IMG/VR virus record: IMGVR_UViG_3300037467_000294
Coordinates: 1-61,157 of that record
Reading direction: 5' to 3' (one strand)
DNA: 61,157 nt
From: a virus
Lineage: Duplodnaviria; Caudoviricetes
Positions 38,336-48,014 of the stretch are shown here, in pieces. The notes below the pieces were generated by a model. It was not told the DNA's origin. It made no database searches and worked only from the letters and a program-made list of their open reading frames with translations. Both the position numbers and the translations under genes were made by a program. Each line of letters begins with the position of its first letter. The stretch's first letter is position 1.

Positions 38336-38980
38336 ATGGCATACGAAAACGATTGTAAAGAAATTCTTAACCTGTTCAAACTGTCCGGGAAGGAAATCCC
38401 GCACGAGGATAGCAATACCGGGCAAGCAATCATCGTGTTGCAAGAGATTTGCGATGCACATTCGCATACGATCCCTGATGCTCGCGAATTGCGGGAAGAG
38501 ATGATTAGCGAATTGGAAGATGAGAATTGGTATATCTTTCCCGGCAATGCCGCTGCTAATCCCTACGCGCAAATCAAAGGGGGATTAACACATATCGAAG
38601 ATAACGATTTGTTTGTCGTCATCGGCAAAGCTTCGGAGATTGCCGGTATCGGTTTTGACGGCGGAGACTTTCTAGAAGCATTAGACGAATTAGAATCAAG
38701 CATGAATTCGGACGATGATTTTTCGTTCGAATTCGACGGCAACGAATATCGGATTATCAAAGATAGCTCTATCTGGGAAATCTACCGGGACGAGATACAA
38801 CGTACCGTAGAGGAATGTTACGATTTGAAGTTGGATAACATTCCTAATTTTGTGGAATGGTCCATTGACTGGGAACAGACGGCAAAAAATACCTACGTTG
38901 ACGGATACGGGCATACGTTCAGTAGTTACGACGGCTCAGAGCATGAGGCGGGCGAATGGTGGATTTTCAGGACCAATTAA
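38336..38980 (+). CDS. Highly acidic protein, possibly ArdA-like antirestriction
   Basis: Very D/E-rich; IDWEQTAK resembles the ArdA C-terminal DYE..ARD segment. Confidence 0.55.
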   Translation: MAYENDCKEILNLFKLSGKEIPHEDSNTGQAIIVLQEICDAHSHTIPDARELREEMISELEDENWYIFPGNAAANPYAQIKGGLTHIEDNDLFVVIGKASEIAGIGFDGGDFLEALDELESSMNSDDDFSFEFDGNEYRIIKDSSIWEIYRDEIQRTVEECYDLKLDNIPNFVEWSIDWEQTAKNTYVDGYGHTFSSYDGSEHEAGEWWIFRTN

Positions 38981-39062
38981 GCTAATCAGCCAATGCCCAT
39001 TATTAAACGTGGGCATTCACGGATTTGCTACAAGTAGCATTAACTAACAAAGGATTACCAAT

Positions 39063-39290
39063 ATGAACAATTACCGCGTTGATCGTAACGATAGCCAAAC
39101 GCAAACGCCGTGCGGCATGAATTCGATTATCTACATTGGCGACAACTGGGAAGATGCACGACGGGCCTATGCTGATGCCGTGCCGGGATTTGATGCGTGG
39201 AATCAGCCTAATTCGCGTTATGGGATTACGCTTTCCGTGTGGGATTTCCGAAAGAACGATTACACCATTAAATGCATGAAAGGGTTTTAA
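39063..39290 (+). CDS. Hypothetical protein
   Basis: ORF with AAGGA RBS. Confidence 0.7.
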   Translation: MNNYRVDRNDSQTQTPCGMNSIIYIGDNWEDARRAYADAVPGFDAWNQPNSRYGITLSVWDFRKNDYTIKCMKGF

Positions 39291-39291
39291 A

Positions 39292-39810
39292 ATGACTTCG
39301 AATGAAAAAGCATTACCTAATGCTGTTGTTCATATCTTTGACGGCGCACGAGGCATTTATATCCCGCAAGCGTTTGCACAATCGTGCAACGAGGGTTGGC
39401 ACGGGGTAAGCGAAGAGAACAGAGAAACGCTATTAGCTGGTCCTGAGCATGAATGGTATTGTGATGCATGGGATGCCGTCTTAAACAATGCATACTGGGA
39501 AAAGGATGGCTTCAAATGGCAATTGCATCAAGACGGTGATTTGTGGGCGTATTGCGAAGCTATGATGACATCCGAAGAAAAGCGCAATTTCGGAATGGAT
39601 GTTGATCCGTTCGAATATGTAATCGATCTAGACGAGCGCGGGGAATTTAGAGCGACGGTTTATAACGATAATGGAAGGGTTGTTTTCGGAATTGATGGGT
39701 ATGACATTTTCGAAGATGGGTTCATGGAAGATAAAAACGATGTTATCGGCTTAAAGGAACATCTTGTTAGCTTAGGCATTATGCACAAAGATGATACGTT
39801 AATCATGTAA
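39292..39810 (+). CDS. Acidic hypothetical protein
   Basis: 172-aa ORF. Confidence 0.75.
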   Translation: MTSNEKALPNAVVHIFDGARGIYIPQAFAQSCNEGWHGVSEENRETLLAGPEHEWYCDAWDAVLNNAYWEKDGFKWQLHQDGDLWAYCEAMMTSEEKRNFGMDVDPFEYVIDLDERGEFRATVYNDNGRVVFGIDGYDIFEDGFMEDKNDVIGLKEHLVSLGIMHKDDTLIM

Positions 39811-39909
39811 AAGCTAATCAGCTATAGCGTATTGGTGCTAACGCATCGTGCGCTATGTCAGATTTGTTCTAAAGAACATTCTCTTAACAACACTCAAGAG
39901 GTAATAGAC

Positions 39910-40518
39910 ATGAAAAACTTTAAAGCATCGGTTCCCGCAACTGTCAAAACCAAAATCAATGAATTGGCCGAATTCATCCAATCGAATTTCCGTGATGTAG
40001 TAACGGCTCGTATCGAAAGCATGGGTGATGTTCAATTATCGGAAATAGAGGGTAACTACGTATCAGGTTGGATACCGCGTCAAGATGGTGGGTTTGATGT
40101 TAGCTTGCTTGTCGATAGCGGTATTGATTCGTCCTACCACGTCACAAAGAAACAAACAGAATTCGTCAACGAACAAGAGAAAAACTGTTTCGAATCGTTC
40201 CTATCGGATAACGAATTGGACCGTAACGAAATGTCATGGGACGACTTAACGGAGGAACAGAAAGAGGAGTATTGCGATTACCAGAATGACTGGTTTTCTG
40301 ACGGCGCATTGATTCAAATTCAAATGTTCGCTAGCGGTTATCCGGGCTCATACTGGGAAGAAAAAGAACAAACCATTACCGTACGCGTTAGCATCAATTA
40401 CAAAGATGCACCGTATTTCCGTGAAAAGAGTGCAGAGGATATCAAAACCTTGATTCTGTCTGAATCGGAATTTCTCGAAACGTCCATTGACGACATCGCA
40501 AAACAAATCACTATCTAA
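39910..40518 (+). CDS. Acidic hypothetical protein
   Basis: Start MKNFKA with GAGG RBS; D/E-rich. Confidence 0.75.
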   Translation: MKNFKASVPATVKTKINELAEFIQSNFRDVVTARIESMGDVQLSEIEGNYVSGWIPRQDGGFDVSLLVDSGIDSSYHVTKKQTEFVNEQEKNCFESFLSDNELDRNEMSWDDLTEEQKEEYCDYQNDWFSDGALIQIQMFASGYPGSYWEEKEQTITVRVSINYKDAPYFREKSAEDIKTLILSESEFLETSIDDIAKQITI

Positions 40519-40519
40519 G

Positions 40520-40753
40520 ATGAAAGTTAATAGCTGGAATTCATTCCTAGCTGGTTTTGAAATAGGCGAACGCCACTATATCGAAACTACATTAGACAAC
40601 TATCCTAATCTGATGCGGACGGCTAATGCCCCTAAGTCTCGCCGTCCGTCTGAGATAAAAGACTGGGAATTTAAAACAGAACTATTTACAGCAGTTAGCG
40701 CGAGTAAAGCTGGAAACATCAGATACCTAATTTCTATTGAGAGAGTAAAGTAA
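40520..40753 (+). CDS. Hypothetical protein
   Basis: Start MKVNSW right after the upstream stop codon. Confidence 0.6.
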   Translation: MKVNSWNSFLAGFEIGERHYIETTLDNYPNLMRTANAPKSRRPSEIKDWEFKTELFTAVSASKAGNIRYLISIERVK

Positions 40754-41079
40754 TGACTAGCAAAATTGTAATGAATAACGGCAAGACCAAAGATGCACCA
40801 TTGAAACTCAAAACCCGTTACGTGTTTCGTAACGAAGTGGTAAAGATTACGCACGGCACGAATCTGTTTGAAGCTGGTCTTAACGTAATGCGTAATCTTC
40901 AAATCAACAAATACGGCGCCACGTACGCTGAAGTTTTGGACGCTGACACGGAACAACTGTATTACTCGCAATCGCGTAGTATGTCCGGGCAAATCTCCAA
41001 ACCTCATTACGAATGGAACCCTGAAGATACGGCAATCAAATTTGCCGCAACCATGCTGTTACCGAAGAAAGGCGAATAA
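40753..41079 (+). CDS. Hypothetical protein
   Basis: Coupled ORF. Confidence 0.7.
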   Translation: MTSKIVMNNGKTKDAPLKLKTRYVFRNEVVKITHGTNLFEAGLNVMRNLQINKYGATYAEVLDADTEQLYYSQSRSMSGQISKPHYEWNPEDTAIKFAATMLLPKKGE

Positions 41080-41316
41080 ATGAAAATCGTCACTATCTGG
41101 CACGACGATAAGAAATACCAAGTAACGTTAGACGATAAGGGACAAGCTATCGCCTACCACGTAGAAGTGCATCCCCGTGGCCGCCGCACGTCTTTCCGCT
41201 TGCTCTGGAGTGCTGAAAGGCACGGACACGTCAACGGAGACATTCCGCAAGGGCTGAAGGACGTTATCAACGCACGGGGCGCTAGCGAAGCAATCGCCTA
41301 TGCAATGGGATGGTAA
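41080..41316 (+). CDS. Hypothetical protein
   Basis: Coupled ORF. Confidence 0.7.
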   Translation: MKIVTIWHDDKKYQVTLDDKGQAIAYHVEVHPRGRRTSFRLLWSAERHGHVNGDIPQGLKDVINARGASEAIAYAMGW

Positions 41317-41477
41317 ACAAGGGGGAAATAAATGATTTACATTATCGCAATCGTCCTAATCATCGTTATGGCTCGTATCGGTCATACGCCGACTGATAAA
41401 GAATTGGATGCCAAGTTGAAAGAACTTGAGGCATCCCATCGTAACGATGTGTACGGCGCAAAATGAAAGGAAACTAA

Positions 41478-41810
41478 ATGATTCTCATATCTAAATCGTT
41501 CTCTATTGTTATGCCTGAATCGGCAGAACATGGTGAAACGGAGGATAGTGGTATGGAATTCGAAAACGTGCCGTTTTCGTTCCGTGAACTGGTAGACATG
41601 ATTATTTCAGACGGATTAACAAACTCGTCATGCTACCCCGCCAAAGGCGACATTTTCGAATGGCTTTCTAATGACGGAAGGGAAGATTACCGGACAGCGG
41701 AAACTGAAACTATCTCAATCCATTACAGCAGAGATAATAAACCACGTTCCGCTAAATACTGGCGGATGGCTTTTGTTGTGGCTGGAGTTATCAAGGTAAA
41801 CAAATCATGA
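41478..41810 (+). CDS. Hypothetical protein
   Basis: ORF with AAGGA RBS. Confidence 0.7.
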   Translation: MILISKSFSIVMPESAEHGETEDSGMEFENVPFSFRELVDMIISDGLTNSSCYPAKGDIFEWLSNDGREDYRTAETETISIHYSRDNKPRSAKYWRMAFVVAGVIKVNKS

Positions 41811-42067
41811 CAACCAATCAAACCGCGTTTAAAAAGCGATTCGGCCAGCGTGGGCAATATCACGCCGAACTAATCCTCAATGTCAACGGGGAAGGGGGTA
41901 ACGGGGTCTATATCGAATATAAGGCCCGTTCCGGTAAAAGCTTTAATGCGTCCCTATCCTGTGCAATGGATACAGGCGAACTCGAAAGCCACGACGGTAC
42001 AGCCCATGTAATCGAATCGGCATTGTTGGACGATATCGAAGCATGGGCAATTGAAAACGGATACTGA
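41807..42067 (+). CDS. Hypothetical protein
   Basis: Coupled ORF. Confidence 0.7.
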   Translation: MTTNQTAFKKRFGQRGQYHAELILNVNGEGGNGVYIEYKARSGKSFNASLSCAMDTGELESHDGTAHVIESALLDDIEAWAIENGY

Positions 42068-42079
42068 AAGGAAAATCAA

Positions 42080-42310
42080 ATGAAAGCATATCAAGCATTC
42101 GGCAAAGCTGGCCGTATTACCAAAGAAACGCCCCGTAAAGCTGCAATGGCGTATTTCGAACAATTCCCGTCAAGCCGTAAATGCGATGTCATACAAGGCG
42201 AAACGGATGGCCCATTCTTTCGCGTGACCTACGGACGCTCATCAAATGGTGAATGGCCCGAAAGCTATAAAGACGTTACCAAGAAAACCGCATCAACCCT
42301 TCCCGATTGA
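42080..42310 (+). CDS. Hypothetical protein
   Basis: ORF with AAGGA RBS. Confidence 0.7.
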   Translation: MKAYQAFGKAGRITKETPRKAAMAYFEQFPSSRKCDVIQGETDGPFFRVTYGRSSNGEWPESYKDVTKKTASTLPD

Positions 42311-42321
42311 AAGGCGACATC

Positions 42322-42477
42322 ATGAGAGACATTCTGATTAACGCGTATCTTGATTACGTCGATAATTACCTGACCATTGAGAAATACGCTGAGCATAACG
42401 GGCTCACAGTGGAACAAGCAAAGCGCTTGATTGGCTTGGGCCGGGACATTCACATTACCCCGCATCCGGATGCATAA
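42322..42477 (+). CDS. Hypothetical protein (51 aa)
   Basis: MRDILINAYLDYVDNYLTIEKYAEHNGL...; absent from the ORF track. Confidence 0.6.
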   Translation: MRDILINAYLDYVDNYLTIEKYAEHNGLTVEQAKRLIGLGRDIHITPHPDA

Positions 42478-42493
42478 CTGAAAGGGTAATCAA

Positions 42494-42727
42494 ATGGCAC
42501 GCCTTATACAGCGCTTACAGAACTACAGATGTTGTGGCGCTGTCTCTGGTCAAATCTACGCAATAGACAACAGAGACACGCCCGTATTTCAATTCGCATC
42601 GTTTGATGAGAAAGGTAAGATTGTCGAATTAGTGGAGTTTCCGCAATCGTGGGGTATATGGGAAATGCGGGAATGCATTTCAGCATTCGACGAGAAATCC
42701 CGTGGTAAGTGGTCTAAAGGTGGATAG
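42494..42727 (+). CDS. Hypothetical protein
   Basis: Last early ORF, followed by a hairpin and T-tract. Confidence 0.65.
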   Translation: MARLIQRLQNYRCCGAVSGQIYAIDNRDTPVFQFASFDEKGKIVELVEFPQSWGIWEMRECISAFDEKSRGKWSKGG

Positions 42728-42842
42728 CCAAAGAGCCCGGACAGATAACTCTGTACCGGGCATTTCTTTTTAGTCAACACTTGACTAATCATGTACTACT
42801 CACATAACCCTGTCTGCCGGGAACGTACATAACGCTACATAG

Positions 42843-43963
42843 GCCAATGGCGCTAGGACGCATCAGAACGGGCCTACATTCAACGAACGCCATTGCTTGG
42901 CTAGGCTGGTATCGGCCACATCGTTTAAAACGCCTATAGCGCTTCTATTCAAGTCTGCCCTATCATCCATACCTAGCTGTTATTCGGCTAGCGTATCATC
43001 TATGTCTAGTGCCATAGGCACAGAACATATCTGCTATGGGCCTACGGCCCCTCACCTACCCCCCTTTTCCCATTGACCCCCCTTAGCGGGGTCAACCTAT
43101 CAGCCATTGGCTTGTAGTCCTATCTGTGCCATTGGCACTAGACAATACTATCGCCATTGGCGAATAGATAGAAATAAATGTGTTGACTGTTCTCCCCACT
43201 CGTGCTAGGCACTCGTGGGTTAGGGTATCACACGTGTTGCTTAAAGTCAACCATATAGAACCGGTCCTTTATTACTTTCAGCTATATAAGAGCTTATAAC
43301 GGAACGTTATATAGAACGTCATGCCCATAGGGCATAGTAATAATAAGCTGTGCCTATGGCACTAAACATGCTCATATGTGTATCAAATGACAGATCGGCG
43401 GGCGATAGCTTAGCCGCTGCGCTTGCTAAACGCTCTTTCTTGGCATGGAAATTGCATCAATGAGCCATTGGCTCCAGCCAAACCCTATCGACCAACACTA
43501 GGCCATAGGCCAGAGCTATAATCGTTTAAACGAGCTATGAGACGTTTACAGAACGTGCCCTAGTGCGGACATCAACGAGACATCGTTCGGCCCTCTACGG
43601 GCCTATACGCAAGCCATAGGCGTATGCCTGTGCCAATGGCACGAATAGTTATCCACACTGGACAGGCAGATGTCCACAACCCAGACGTTCCTCTGGGTTT
43701 TATACACAGGCTCATAGACGCGTTTAGAGGCCCATAGCGGCGTTCTCTGTGCCGATGGCACTTTCCCCTGTCTGACCCCCTGACGGCCCCTCCTTGATAT
43801 TTCTGGTGCGTTCCAGACCCCAAAACACGCCCCCGGCGAGCCGTTAAGCCACCCCCTCGCCCTCCGATGGTATTGCCCTTTTTGGATGCATGTTCGGGAG
43901 TATGTTTCATAGGAGAAAGCTTGTGAAAGTTGCTGTTTTGGCGTGATAAATTTCGCCATTGGC
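42843..43963. repeat. Dispersed array of GCC-N3-GGC palindromes
   Basis: About 12 copies (42843, 43011, 43103, 43128, 43153, 43352, 43464, 43502, 43613, 43632, 43751, 43955) in non-coding DNA. Confidence 0.8.
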
Positions 43964-44040
43964 GATGGACATTGCGGATGAAGGGCTATTTCTGAAAAAT
44001 TTTTTAGTAAAATCAATGACTTACGTTATTTTCGGGCAAC

Positions 44041-44064
44041 AAAAAGCCCCGCACGAAGCGGGGC
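44041..44064 (-). terminator. Rho-independent terminator
   Basis: GCCCCGC stem followed by TTTTT on the minus strand. Confidence 0.75.
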
Positions 44065-44164
44065 AATATTGATTATCAAGCGGGAGCCATGCCGGTAGGC
44101 GGCATCTTGTCGTCTCTGAACAGCTCGCGGAGGCGAGCCAATAGGGAAGAAGTGAGCCTAGCCA

Positions 44165-44512
44165 TCATGGCATCAGCGCTTTTACACGTAGCAGAGTAGC
44201 TTCCAGTTCCTTCGCCGTTTCCAGCGTAGCGTCCAGAGCGGAACTTTCCACTTCGATCTTCAGGGACTTCAGGGGTGACGGATCGGCCTTCACGGCGGAA
44301 CCGAGGATCGCCACGGAGTTGTTCAGATCGCTGAGCAACGACATCTCCGTCATATTGTCTTTGTACACATTCGAAGTGTCTCCATCGCTTAGAGTGATGA
44401 GCGTCAGTTTGCCGTTCGTTTCGTTCTTACTGACTGCTGCGTAGTAGCGAACACCGATGCCGGTAGTGTACCCGACGATGAACGGGAAGGCTGGCAATTT
44501 ATCGTATTTCAT
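44165..44512 (-). CDS. Hypothetical protein
   Basis: Start MKYDKL with AAGGAG RBS. Confidence 0.7.
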   Translation of the reverse strand: MKYDKLPAFPFIVGYTTGIGVRYYAAVSKNETNGKLTLITLSDGDTSNVYKDNMTEMSLLSDLNNSVAILGSAVKADPSPLKSLKIEVESSALDATLETAKELEATLLRVKALMP

Positions 44513-44522
44513 AATTTCTCCT

Positions 44523-44723
44523 TTAGTCAAAGATTTTGGTAAGCTCGTAGCGTTTGTTATCGTACGAGGGATGGAGCCGATGGTTGCAACCCATACGTAC
44601 GGCCCAGTCGGTGAACGGGTTGTTCAGTCCTACGAGTCCACAGCCAGTGCACCATTGCTTCCCTCCGACCCGGAGGTTGAAGGTGTGAGCAACGTATTCG
44701 TATTTCTCCTTGGGCTCTGCCAT
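44523..44723 (-). CDS. Hypothetical Cys/His protein
   Basis: H...CTGC...C; GGAG RBS. Confidence 0.65.
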   Translation of the reverse strand: MAEPKEKYEYVAHTFNLRVGGKQWCTGCGLVGLNNPFTDWAVRMGCNHRLHPSYDNKRYELTKIFD

Positions 44724-44724
44724 G

Positions 44725-45033
44725 TCAATACTCCGGATTGGAACGACGGAAGGTGATGGATTTCATCCCTGTCCTCCAGTCGAACCGATCCCACGTCGTC
44801 TTCACGTCCAAGTCCTTCCGATCCTTCGGCGGAGCGGGACGAAGATACGTATCGATACACGCCTCGATAACTCCGCCGTCTATGAGCACGCCGTAGGCAA
44901 TACGGAAGACAGGATGGAAACCGGGCAGTGCTACCACAGTACCTACCTTCCCGTTGTAGATGCAGTCGGCGGAGAAATCGGGCAAACCATGAATCTCAAC
45001 CCTCTGTCCTACCTCGAATTTGTAGTTCGTCAT
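44725..45033 (-). CDS. Hypothetical protein (SH3/KOW-like)
   Basis: KFEVGQRV..GKVGTVV. Confidence 0.65.
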   Translation of the reverse strand: MTNYKFEVGQRVEIHGLPDFSADCIYNGKVGTVVALPGFHPVFRIAYGVLIDGGVIEACIDTYLRPAPPKDRKDLDVKTTWDRFDWRTGMKSITFRRSNPEY

Positions 45034-45200
45034 GATCCAACTTTCTCCTTCGGCTTCAGCAGAGCGTGCATACGCTCCGTGGTTGCATCGTAGACAGCCT
45101 TAGCTGCTTTCGCTCGTCCGTTCACCGGACCTTCCGTCAGTGCACGGTAGAGTTCGCTACCCTTCGCAGCGAACGTATCCTTGTACGGTAGCCCGTTCAT
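45030..45200 (-). CDS. Hypothetical protein (56 aa)
   Basis: MNGLPYKDTFAAKGSELY...; coupled on both sides; absent from the ORF track. Confidence 0.6.
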   Translation of the reverse strand: MNGLPYKDTFAAKGSELYRALTEGPVNGRAKAAKAVYDATTERMHALLKPKEKVGS

Positions 45201-45376
45201 CGGTGTCCTCCTGTTCTTGGCAGATGTGGCCCGTGACCCGTAAGTGGCGAAACAACACTCCGTTCATTGACCTTGTGCCCGCAGTGGCAGCACTTCTTCG
45301 GGTAGATTGGCGGAGACGACAGCAGAGCGTAGCCTTCGTAGTGGTAGCAATGTTCCTTGCAATCTTCCGGTTTCAT
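45197..45376 (-). CDS. Small Cys-rich protein
   Basis: MKPEDCKEHC...CCHCG. Confidence 0.55.
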   Translation of the reverse strand: MKPEDCKEHCYHYEGYALLSSPPIYPKKCCHCGHKVNERSVVSPLTGHGPHLPRTGGHR

Positions 45377-45555
45377 TTCAGCGCCTCGTACACACGGAAC
45401 TCCGACTCTGGAATCGTCTCCTTGTGGATTTCGCAGACACGCTTCGCAAAGTCCTTGTCCTCGTACGGACCGGCCTGTACGACCCATCCCCGCCCATCTA
45501 GCGTAAGAACCTCTACGTTCCAGCCGTTGTGGTTCACAGCGTTTCGGTAGTCCAT
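45373..45555 (-). CDS. Hypothetical protein
   Basis: Start MDYRNA. Confidence 0.6.
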   Translation of the reverse strand: MDYRNAVNHNGWNVEVLTLDGRGWVVQAGPYEDKDFAKRVCEIHKETIPESEFRVYEALK

Positions 45556-45556
45556 G

Positions 45557-45733
45557 TCAATCCTTTTCCTTATACTCAAGGTAGCTGTAGACCCCGTACA
45601 GTGCAACACCGAACAGGACGAGGACGACGAACAGCCCTTTCGTCCATACCATCATCAGCATTACCAACAGCAGGGTGAACATTACAAACACTACGATGAA
45701 TAGCGACTTCATCAGCCGTACAAATTTCTTCAT
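45557..45733 (-). CDS. Small two-TM membrane protein
   Basis: Hydrophobic; AAGGAG RBS. Confidence 0.65.
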   Translation of the reverse strand: MKKFVRLMKSLFIVVFVMFTLLLVMLMMVWTKGLFVVLVLFGVALYGVYSYLEYKEKD

Positions 45734-46242
45734 TTTCTCTCCTTGTGCCAACTTTGGCCTTTGATAATACGATTCACTTGGGAAGTACCGATGCCGAATG
45801 TCCTCGCCAACTGCGCCTGAGACTCGCCAGCACTGTGCAACGCACGGATTTCAATCACCTGTGCAGCCGTAAGCTTCGACGTTACGCACTTCTCGCCTGC
45901 TGAGTCTGTCAATCCGGCTTGCCAAGCGTGATCGACTTGCTCTTGCATCGTGCTCCATTCGAGATTGGTATGCACGTTGTTTTCCGTGTTTCCGTCCTTA
46001 TGGTTCACCGTGGGCTTGTTATCCGGGTTCGGAACAAACGCTTCAGCTACGAGTCGATGTATGTAGTGCTTCTTAACCTTCCCGTCTTTTGACAGGCGAA
46101 CGTAGAGGTAATACTTATTACCATTCTTCTTCCGTTGGCGCTGAGGTTTCATGAACTTGAAACCCTTCACACTCCACACAGCACCATCCTCGAAGACATC
46201 GTAATCGTACCCCGCTACGCGTGCATAGCGAAGTACGCCCAT
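45730..46242 (-). CDS. HNH homing endonuclease with C-terminal HTH
   Basis: IHRLVAEAFVPNPDNKPTVNHKDGNTENNVHTNLEW. Confidence 0.9.
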   Translation of the reverse strand: MGVLRYARVAGYDYDVFEDGAVWSVKGFKFMKPQRQRKKNGNKYYLYVRLSKDGKVKKHYIHRLVAEAFVPNPDNKPTVNHKDGNTENNVHTNLEWSTMQEQVDHAWQAGLTDSAGEKCVTSKLTAAQVIEIRALHSAGESQAQLARTFGIGTSQVNRIIKGQSWHKERK

Positions 46243-47441
46243 TACGCCCCCTTGCAGCAGAGCACGGCTTTCAAACGATGCACTACTTCAATCAGCGAAG
46301 CCTGATTCGCCATCACCGTTTCGATGTCTTTGTAGCTCGACGGGATTTCGTCCAGTACGGCATCATCCTTGCGGCATTCGATACCCTGCGTCTGGGCTTT
46401 CAGATCGTCCACGGTGAACATCTGGCGTGCCTTCGTACGGGACATCTTGCGACCGGAGCCGTGAGAGCACGAACAGTAGGACTCCTTGTTACCCTTACCA
46501 CGTACGATGAAGCTAGTTTGGCCCATTGCGGAAGGAATGATACCCAGATCATCTTTCCCGGCTTTGATAGCTCCCTTCCGGGTGATCCATAGGTTCTTGC
46601 CAAAGTGGTTCTCCTTCGTAACGTAGTTGTGATGGCAGTTGATCGCCTCTTCCGTGATGCCGAACGGGACCGGAATCTCGCGGCGGAGCACATCCAACAC
46701 CGCTTGCAGCATCGCCTTGCGGTTCTCCATCGCGTAGTCCTGTGCCCACTGGACAGCAGCCACGTAGTCTTCGAACAGGTCGGTTCCTTCCGGCAGGTAG
46801 GCCAGATCGCCATCCGGCAGGGTAATGTGGAACTGGTTCATCAGCTCCTTACCCTTGTTGATGTAGTACGTACCGATCATGTTGCCGATACCACGGGAGC
46901 CGGAGTGCAGCATGACCCACACATCGTCGTTCTGGTCGATGCAGATTTCGATGAAATGGTTGCCGGAGCCCAGCGTACCAAGCTGGGAAGCAGCCTTGTC
47001 AACTGCTTTAGCTTCGTTCCCGCCGAACACGGTCCGCACAGCGTCATTCAGGCCTCGCGGCAGGGACCAGTTGTGGTCTTTGTGTTGTCCGCCAGTACCC
47101 ATCGGTACGACACGTTCGATTTCGCTGCGGATGCGTGCCAGCGAGTCCGGAAGCTGGTGTGCCTTCAGCGACAGGCGGGTAGCTACCATGCCACAGCCGA
47201 TATCGACGCCGACCATCGCCGGGACGATAGCACGTTCAGTTGCTACCACGCTACCTACCGTCGAACCAATCCCGGCATGTACATCGGGCATCACTGCAAC
47301 GCCTTGTCGTGCGACGAACGGAAGTCGTGCTATGTTCTTCAACTGGTTCAATGCTTCCGTTTCAACGTCCTTCGTCCAAATCTTGATTGGAACCGAGCCC
47401 TCTTCATGCACGACCTGAGCAGCCGTAGTCTTTTCTTGCAT
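46242..47441 (-). CDS. rtcB: RtcB RNA-splicing/repair ligase
   Basis: MPDVHAG, VGVDIGCG, GTLGSGNHF, LHSGSRG, HHNY, SHGSGR and DEIPSSYK. Confidence 0.96.
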   Translation of the reverse strand: MQEKTTAAQVVHEEGSVPIKIWTKDVETEALNQLKNIARLPFVARQGVAVMPDVHAGIGSTVGSVVATERAIVPAMVGVDIGCGMVATRLSLKAHQLPDSLARIRSEIERVVPMGTGGQHKDHNWSLPRGLNDAVRTVFGGNEAKAVDKAASQLGTLGSGNHFIEICIDQNDDVWVMLHSGSRGIGNMIGTYYINKGKELMNQFHITLPDGDLAYLPEGTDLFEDYVAAVQWAQDYAMENRKAMLQAVLDVLRREIPVPFGITEEAINCHHNYVTKENHFGKNLWITRKGAIKAGKDDLGIIPSAMGQTSFIVRGKGNKESYCSCSHGSGRKMSRTKARQMFTVDDLKAQTQGIECRKDDAVLDEIPSSYKDIETVMANQASLIEVVHRLKAVLCCKGA

Positions 47442-47464
47442 TATATTCTCCTTGGTCAGTAGTG

Positions 47465-47965
47465 TTACCATTCACCGCCGTGGTACTGGCTGTGACAATT
47501 ACCGCATGTTAGCACGCATTTCTCCGCCTCCGCAAGTACCCTTGTCCAAGACCAGTTGGTAAGGATACGTGACATCGCAATCTCCTTCGCCTCCGGGTCT
47601 GTATGGTGGAAGTCGAATATTGCCGCATTCCTCCCGTTGTATGCCGTGCCACAGAAGTTGCATGTGTTTCCCATCAAAGCCATAAGCTTCACTTTCAACG
47701 CCCTGTAGCGGTCCCGTTTTGCGTCTCGCACTTTGCCAGCGTTCTTCGCTACCCAACGCCTCTGCGCAGCAGCTTTAGCAGAGGCTTCTCCAGTGTACTT
47801 CCTCGTATTGTGTCCGTTTACATATCTAGCCGGGCGGGCGTACTTATCGACAGCCTTCAACTTCTCCCCGCAACCACAAGCGCAGTCAATAATCGGAGCC
47901 TGTTCATACTTCTTCTTTGCGTGACGCTGGCGCGGCGTCAATCCATCTTCAATCTTGTGCGACAT
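47465..47965 (-). CDS. HNH endonuclease
   Basis: CACGCG N-terminal module, CNFC...FDFHH...KCVLTCGNCH. Confidence 0.85.
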   Translation of the reverse strand: MSHKIEDGLTPRQRHAKKKYEQAPIIDCACGCGEKLKAVDKYARPARYVNGHNTRKYTGEASAKAAAQRRWVAKNAGKVRDAKRDRYRALKVKLMALMGNTCNFCGTAYNGRNAAIFDFHHTDPEAKEIAMSRILTNWSWTRVLAEAEKCVLTCGNCHSQYHGGEW

Positions 47966-47985
47966 ACTTACCTCTTAAAGTAAGT

Positions 47986-48014
47986 ATATTACACTACCTA
48001 CGTCTACCTGTCAA
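47986..48014 (-). promoter_or_regulatory. Sigma70 promoter
   Basis: TTGACA-17 bp-TAATAT. Confidence 0.7.

Noticed and set aside
43572-44016. ORFs called in the non-coding repeat regions (also 34099-35402)
   Set aside because: No RBS, atypical composition, and overlap with palindrome and DnaA-box arrays.
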